Source of the DNA: an uncultured Eubacteriales bacterium
GTDB taxonomy: Bacteria; Acidobacteriota; Aminicenantia; Aminicenantales; Aminicenantaceae
Direction: 5' to 3'
Assembly (NCBI GenBank): GCA_964624145.1
Contig: CAZUXT010000004.1
Span: forward strand, 31,189 to 95,188
DNA length: 64,000 nt
Part shown: positions 59,253 to 64,000 of the stretch, piece after piece
Layout: every line of letters begins with the position of its first letter
Position numbering within the stretch: position 1 is the stretch's first letter
The notes under the pieces: model-generated
The model's input: only the letters and a program-made list of their open reading frames with translations
Told to the model about the DNA's origin: nothing
The model's database searches: none
Made by a program: the position numbers and the translations under genes

Positions 59253-60140
59253 ATGACCGGACAAACATTTTATATTGTTGATGTTTTTGCAGAGACAAAA
59301 TATGCCGGTAACCAGCTGGCTGTTGTTCGAAATGCTGCGGCTCTGCCTGACGAGCAAATGCAGCAAATCGCAAAAGAGATGCACTATTCGGAAACAACAT
59401 TTATTCTGAGCGACAAACCGAGAGACAACGGATATGACGTGCGTATATTCACACCCGCAGCCGAAGTTCCTTTCGCCGGACACCCGACTCTGGGGACCGC
59501 TTTTGTTATTCACCGCGAAATTGCCAAGCAGCCGGTTCAGACAATCAATTTGAATCTGAAAGTAGGTCAAATCCCTGTCACCTTACAGAAATCCGGCCCC
59601 AAAGAGAACATCCTGTGGATGAAACAAAATGAACCGGAATTCGGCGAAATACTCCATTCAGAAACCCTGTCAGATGTACTCGGCATTGAACCAAAGCAGA
59701 TTGACGAAAGATTCCCGATTCAGGAAGTATCAACTGGATTGTACGCACTGATTGTGCCTTTGAAAACACTGGAGACGGTAAAACGGATCAGAGTCGATCT
59801 CAACAAATACTACGGACTCATCGAAAAAACCACTGCGAAATTGATCCTGGTCTTTAGTCCTGAAACGTATCACAAGGAGAATGACCTTAACGTAAGAGTG
59901 TTTGGCGATTATTATCAAGTTCCGGAGGATCCTGCAACCGGAAGTGCGAACGGCTGTCTGGCAGGGTATCTCGTCAAGCAAAGATACTTTGGAAATAAAA
60001 AAATCAACATACGCGTGGAACAGGGTTATGAAATAGGCAGGCCTTCCCTGCTGCATCTCCGGGCGGAAGAAAAAAATGAAATAAGAGAAGTCAATGTCGG
60101 CGGAAAAGTCATTATGGTCGCCAAAGGACTGCTTACTTAA
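59253..60140 (+). CDS. PhzF-family isomerase
   Basis: N-terminal FYIVDVFAETKYAGNQLAVV and the catalytic-region block YSETTF... are typical of the PhzF/YddE family. Confidence 0.85.
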   Translation: MTGQTFYIVDVFAETKYAGNQLAVVRNAAALPDEQMQQIAKEMHYSETTFILSDKPRDNGYDVRIFTPAAEVPFAGHPTLGTAFVIHREIAKQPVQTINLNLKVGQIPVTLQKSGPKENILWMKQNEPEFGEILHSETLSDVLGIEPKQIDERFPIQEVSTGLYALIVPLKTLETVKRIRVDLNKYYGLIEKTTAKLILVFSPETYHKENDLNVRVFGDYYQVPEDPATGSANGCLAGYLVKQRYFGNKKINIRVEQGYEIGRPSLLHLRAEEKNEIREVNVGGKVIMVAKGLLT

Positions 60141-60173
60141 ATCGAATAGAAAGGGGATTTCCTGTACTTTTTC

Positions 60174-60680
60174 TTATTCCGGCTGACGGATCATTTTTAA
60201 AAGCTCTTTTTCTTTTTTTATGCCTTCCAGAATCTGAGGCAGGAGAGCCTTCATATCCTCCTGTGAATAACTGCATTCCTTTATTTCTACGGTATTCTCC
60301 GTTATCAAACAGTCTATATCTTTGATGTCTTTAGCCAATCCCTGGTAGTTCTTACTGCCCTCGTCTTCGTAATAAGTGATTTGAATGGAAAATATTTGTT
60401 GGTTTTTAGAAAAATAACTGAACACTAAAATGTGTTCTTCCCTGTTTTCCCTCCGTCCGTCCAGGTCGAAATGGAACTCTCTTTTCAAAAAATCTTCCCC
60501 TTCTCTCTGGCCCATATCTTTGACTTCATCATAGATTTCCAGGATGATTTTCTCAGGATCTTTGATTTTTTCTTCGTTCTTAGCTCTGTACGTGCCACTC
60601 AAATCATCGTATCCCATAGAAAAGAATACAAAAAGGGCGGCTGTTATAAATCCGGGGCAAAAGAGAAAAGCTTTTTTCAC
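60174..60680 (-). CDS. Hypothetical secreted or membrane-anchored protein
   Basis: It has a signal peptide or anchor (FLFCPGFITAALFVFFSMG) and Glu/Lys-rich repeats. It matches no family I recognise. Confidence 0.45.
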   Translation of the reverse strand: MKKAFLFCPGFITAALFVFFSMGYDDLSGTYRAKNEEKIKDPEKIILEIYDEVKDMGQREGEDFLKREFHFDLDGRRENREEHILVFSYFSKNQQIFSIQITYYEDEGSKNYQGLAKDIKDIDCLITENTVEIKECSYSQEDMKALLPQILEGIKKEKELLKMIRQPE

Positions 60681-60742
60681 TTCCTTATCAATATCGGATT
60701 TTCCGCAGAAAAAGTCAATTTTTTCTGACTAAAAGCTCTTTT

Positions 60743-63700
60743 CTAGAGGGACTGGCTCCTTGTGCGAACCTCCTTTTTAAGAGGAAAACCTTCATCTGCA
60801 TTTTTCCATATATTCAGAAGTTCATTATAATACTCTTTCGCCTCTTTTTTGATGCCTTTGTCCTCAAGTATCCTGCCCATCAAATAGAGATTTTTAGAGA
60901 AAAAGTAATCCCCTTCCCTTCTTAAATTCCTATCGTCAGAAATGCCTTGTATACTGTTCTGCGCACTATCGAGATCCCGGGATCTATAATAAGCCTCTGC
61001 AGTAGCATTCAGGAACCACGCTCTCATCTCGTCATGAGCGGACAGAAGAGTTAGCCCTTTCCTGAACTCACTCACAGCTTCATCAGTTCTGCCTTTCTCT
61101 GACTGGATGAAACCGTGGGCCAGGTAATAAAGCCTCATCTCCTTTTGATTCATTCCTTTCTGTATCATGGTCCTGAGTTTCTCTGCGCCCTTTTCGGCTT
61201 CGTCTAAAGAGCCTGTTCTTACATCCACAAGGCATCTGAAAAACTGAGCCTGTCTCTGGAAGCTTAAATTTTCAATGCTCAAAGCCATGTCTTCGGCTTC
61301 TGATAAGGCGGATGTGCTTTTATCCGGCTCATCCTGGAGAAAATACAGGTACGCTTTTATTAATTTCCAGTTAGCCTCCAGGTATGAATCCTCAATGACT
61401 TGAGCCATCTCTATACCTTCTGTTACCTGCTCTTCGGCTTCTTTAAACCGGCCCTGCATTAAATACAACTTATAAAGCAAATATCTTCCTGTATTATGGA
61501 TATTGGGATTTTCAGTCTCCAGAAGCTTTGTGAACTCGACTTCTGCCTTTTCCAGTTCCCCTCTCATCTGATAAACAGAGCCTCTTATTTCATATTGATT
61601 TTCAAAAGATGGATTCACGGATAAAATTTTATCTAATTCTTCTTGTACCCGGTCAAACCGGCCCTGCATCATCAAGACCCGGGCAAGGTCTGCTCTAACA
61701 TATATGCTCTCTCTGATATTATCCAAATAAAATTCGAGGACTTCGGCTGCTCTGTCAAGCTGTCCTTTTGCTGTATAGGCATTGGCTAAGTTCGTATAAC
61801 TCTGAAGCCCTCTGGCTTTATTCTCTCTGTTCACCGATAAACGCTCGACCGCGTCATCCCATCTTTCTACAGTCATATACAGAAGGCCGAGATTGTTGTT
61901 TGCGATCTCATCTTCAGGGTACAGTTCCAATAATTTTTCATAGGCCTCTATGGATTTATCATAGGTCTTTTCAGTCTGACGAAAATATTCCGCAGTGATG
62001 CTGTACTGCTCTCTCTTTGAGACATGTTCCCTTTTTTCATAAGCCTTTTCAAGATTTTTAACCGCTTCACTTTGATATCCGAAATTGGAGTAACATATAT
62101 AAAGCCCCCTGTAGGCCATAGCAAATTCCGGGTCAATGGCCACAGCTGCTTCCAGTAAAGGGATCGCCTTCAAATATTCCCCCTGGCTTTTATAGTTCTC
62201 CCCGTCTCTGTAGTATCGATAGGCATCCTGGGAATCTGTTGTGATCTCCCTTATGTTCAGGTCTATATCTCCCTGTATATCTGAAGATGACAGCTCAAAG
62301 TCCTCTTTGACCAACTTTGTGAGTTGATCCACTATATCAAAAAGACTCTCTTCTCCTATCCCTTCCACCTGCTCCCTTCCGATTATCCTCTCCGTCTCAG
62401 GCTCAAGCAAACTTGTATTCACTCTTAATGTGTCTCCGGCTTTTGTTAACCGTCCCATAAGGATATAGGCCACACCGGCCCTGGATGCCACATCTTTTAA
62501 GTTTTTTGAGGAATAGGTTTCGGACTGCTCAAGATTCAATTCCTTCAATACATCAAACAGCTTCTCCCCGCTTAAGACTTTCAAAAATTTAGACTGCCCG
62601 ATGTCAGCGATAAGAAGGTCAGAAAGAGCTTTTCTCCAGTGGTCAAAACTCTCATCCCCAGTATTGTTTTCAAAATGCATGACAGCCAGAGAAGGCCTGT
62701 CTCCTTTGGAAACCATAGTCCTCTTATGAAGAAGGACTTTCCATACAATAAAACCTATGACAAGAAGGGAGATGACTATCAACGCAGGAGTCAGAGCCTT
62801 TTTTAAGTTGAATTTTACCGTGATCTCCCTGGAAGCCGTGGTCTTCCTTTTAGGCAGAACCTTGTCGGTCTCAGGCATCTGCTTTTCTATCTCTCTCAAT
62901 TCAGCCAGCAGCTCACTCACCTCTTGATATCGCTCATCTTTGTTCTTCTGCAAACATTTTAGGATCATCCGGCTTATATTTTCCGGTATCTGAGAGTTGA
63001 GCCGTCTTGGATTTAAAGGTTTTTCTGATTTCTGCTTCACAGCTACGCTTAAGGGAGTTTTCCCTTCAAAAGGAAGCCTTCCTGTGAGCATTTCAAAAAG
63101 GATAATACCCAATGAATAAATATCAGTCCGGCCGTCAATCTTATTGCCTTCAACCTGCTCCGGAGACATATATTCAGGCGTGCCCACGATAACACCTTCT
63201 TCGGTTATTCCTTTTGACTTGACAGACCTTGCAATACCAAAATCCATAACTTTAGCATTTCCCTCACTATCGATCATGACATTTTGAGGTTTCAAATCCC
63301 GGTGGATAACACCTAACCTGTGCGCTTCGTTCAAGCCTTCACAGATCTGACGGGCAATGATAACAGCCTTGCCCACAGTCAACTGTCCCACCCGGTAGAT
63401 AAGCGATTTCAAATCCTCCCCTGAAACATATTCCATCGATATATAATGAATTCCCTCATATTCGCTTAAGTCAAACACACGGCATATATTCCGGTGAGAG
63501 ATCTTTCTCGTCAATCTCAATTCATTACGGAAACGCTGAAGGGTCTGTTCATCAGAGGCGATCTCAGGATTCAGGATCTTTAAAGCCACATTTTCATCTA
63601 TATTGATATCCCTCGCCTTATAAACACCTCCCATTCCCCCTTTTCCAAGCTTCTCGAGAACATGATATCTATCCGCAAAGGTGCTGCCGACTCTCATGTC

Positions 63701-63829
63701 AGCAACGGACGTCACAAGAGTCTTTGTACCGGATGTCGGTTCTTTTGGTCTGGCTTCCAGAGAGGCCCCACAGTTTCCGCAAAATTTTGTTCCGGGTCTG
63801 TTCTCAGTTTTGCATTTAGGGCATCTCAT
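60743..63829 (-). CDS. Ser/Thr protein kinase with an N-terminal zinc ribbon, one transmembrane helix and C-terminal TPR repeats
   Basis: It has a zinc ribbon (CPKCKTENRPGTKFCGNCG), a kinase domain (GKGGMGGVYKA, HRDLKPQNVMI, DFGIAR, TPEYMSPE), a transmembrane helix (LIVISLLVIGFIVWKVLL) and about 600 aa of TPR-like repeats. Confidence 0.85.
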   Translation of the reverse strand: MRCPKCKTENRPGTKFCGNCGASLEARPKEPTSGTKTLVTSVADMRVGSTFADRYHVLEKLGKGGMGGVYKARDINIDENVALKILNPEIASDEQTLQRFRNELRLTRKISHRNICRVFDLSEYEGIHYISMEYVSGEDLKSLIYRVGQLTVGKAVIIARQICEGLNEAHRLGVIHRDLKPQNVMIDSEGNAKVMDFGIARSVKSKGITEEGVIVGTPEYMSPEQVEGNKIDGRTDIYSLGIILFEMLTGRLPFEGKTPLSVAVKQKSEKPLNPRRLNSQIPENISRMILKCLQKNKDERYQEVSELLAELREIEKQMPETDKVLPKRKTTASREITVKFNLKKALTPALIVISLLVIGFIVWKVLLHKRTMVSKGDRPSLAVMHFENNTGDESFDHWRKALSDLLIADIGQSKFLKVLSGEKLFDVLKELNLEQSETYSSKNLKDVASRAGVAYILMGRLTKAGDTLRVNTSLLEPETERIIGREQVEGIGEESLFDIVDQLTKLVKEDFELSSSDIQGDIDLNIREITTDSQDAYRYYRDGENYKSQGEYLKAIPLLEAAVAIDPEFAMAYRGLYICYSNFGYQSEAVKNLEKAYEKREHVSKREQYSITAEYFRQTEKTYDKSIEAYEKLLELYPEDEIANNNLGLLYMTVERWDDAVERLSVNRENKARGLQSYTNLANAYTAKGQLDRAAEVLEFYLDNIRESIYVRADLARVLMMQGRFDRVQEELDKILSVNPSFENQYEIRGSVYQMRGELEKAEVEFTKLLETENPNIHNTGRYLLYKLYLMQGRFKEAEEQVTEGIEMAQVIEDSYLEANWKLIKAYLYFLQDEPDKSTSALSEAEDMALSIENLSFQRQAQFFRCLVDVRTGSLDEAEKGAEKLRTMIQKGMNQKEMRLYYLAHGFIQSEKGRTDEAVSEFRKGLTLLSAHDEMRAWFLNATAEAYYRSRDLDSAQNSIQGISDDRNLRREGDYFFSKNLYLMGRILEDKGIKKEAKEYYNELLNIWKNADEGFPLKKEVRTRSQSL

Positions 63830-64000
63830 TGTGTCTTTCCCGTTTCATTAAGACTATAGTAATATACGCATAAATAGTCAATTCAGTTGCCCACCTGACC
63901 TCAATAAAAAACAGCGCCGAAACTTACCGGAAATTAATTTAGCATTTGAAAAGGTCATTAATTTGAATTAGATTAATGAGGAACACATTAAGGAGAGAAT

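Noticed and set aside
1-64000. Search for CRISPR arrays, rRNA or tRNA genes, and integrase or transposase genes
   Set aside because: No direct-repeat/spacer periodicity was found, no rRNA-like conserved blocks, and no complete tRNA cloverleaf. No ORF shows integrase or transposase motifs, so the 188-bp repeats have no autonomous partner in this window.

Overview
This 64-kb window looks like a chromosomal segment from a Gram-negative-type bacterium. It encodes TolC-like and beta-barrel outer-membrane proteins, most genes carry GGAGG-type Shine-Dalgarno sites, and sigma-54 machinery is present. There are no rRNA or tRNA genes and no CRISPR array. I support about 46 protein-coding genes, mostly envelope, transport and regulatory functions.

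Main gene content:
- An N-acylglucosamine 2-epimerase (AGE) family epimerase divergent from an MFS (major facilitator) transporter.
- A translationally coupled trio of ECF sigma factor, zinc-finger anti-sigma factor and DUF4097 beta-helical repeat protein.
- A PadR regulator followed by a large FtsX-type permease with an N-terminal prefix domain, plus two further large FtsX permeases.
- A DUF481 outer-membrane protein followed by an ABC-2 transporter (ATPase and two permeases).
- A secreted M1 aminopeptidase, an orphan PAS sensor histidine kinase, a secreted PHP-domain hydrolase, a YfcC-family transporter and a homolog of GDP-mannose 3,5-epimerase.
- An eight-gene MacAB-TolC-like efflux operon (HlyD adaptor, ATPase, small ORF, FtsX permease, small ORF, ATPase, TolC) on the minus strand. 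It is divergent from an NtrC-type sigma-54 activator and its histidine kinase.
- A secreted FecR-domain Trp/Tyr-rich protein, an NCS1 nucleobase permease coupled to an uncharacterised protein, and an FG-GAP/FN3 secreted protein with a small beta-barrel outer-membrane protein.
- A sulfatase-like lipoprotein, a GT9 glycosyltransferase and the primary sigma factor RpoD.
- Two trehalose routes side by side: TreT (trehalose glycosyltransferring synthase) and a fused OtsA-OtsB enzyme.
- A CBM9/DUF5916 protein, a secreted M24 peptidase, a DUF1015 protein, a PhzF-family isomerase, and a Ser/Thr kinase with a zinc ribbon and TPR repeats.

Most notable non-coding features:
- A 188-bp intergenic repeat family with 14-15-bp terminal inverted repeats. 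There are three full copies in the same orientation plus a 53-bp perfect-hairpin derivative, so it looks like a MITE or a structured-RNA repeat.
- A textbook sigma-54 promoter (TGGCAC-N5-TTGCA) with an upstream array of TGTTC/GAACA palindromes. It drives the efflux operon and lies next to the divergent NtrC-type two-component system.
- A recurrent about 12-bp intergenic motif, (C)CTGACCTAT(T/C)C, seen at least eight times near gene ends.
- The efflux operon duplicates an ATPase-plus-small-ORF module. The two small ORFs (72 and 91 aa, both with Shine-Dalgarno sites) match no family I can name.
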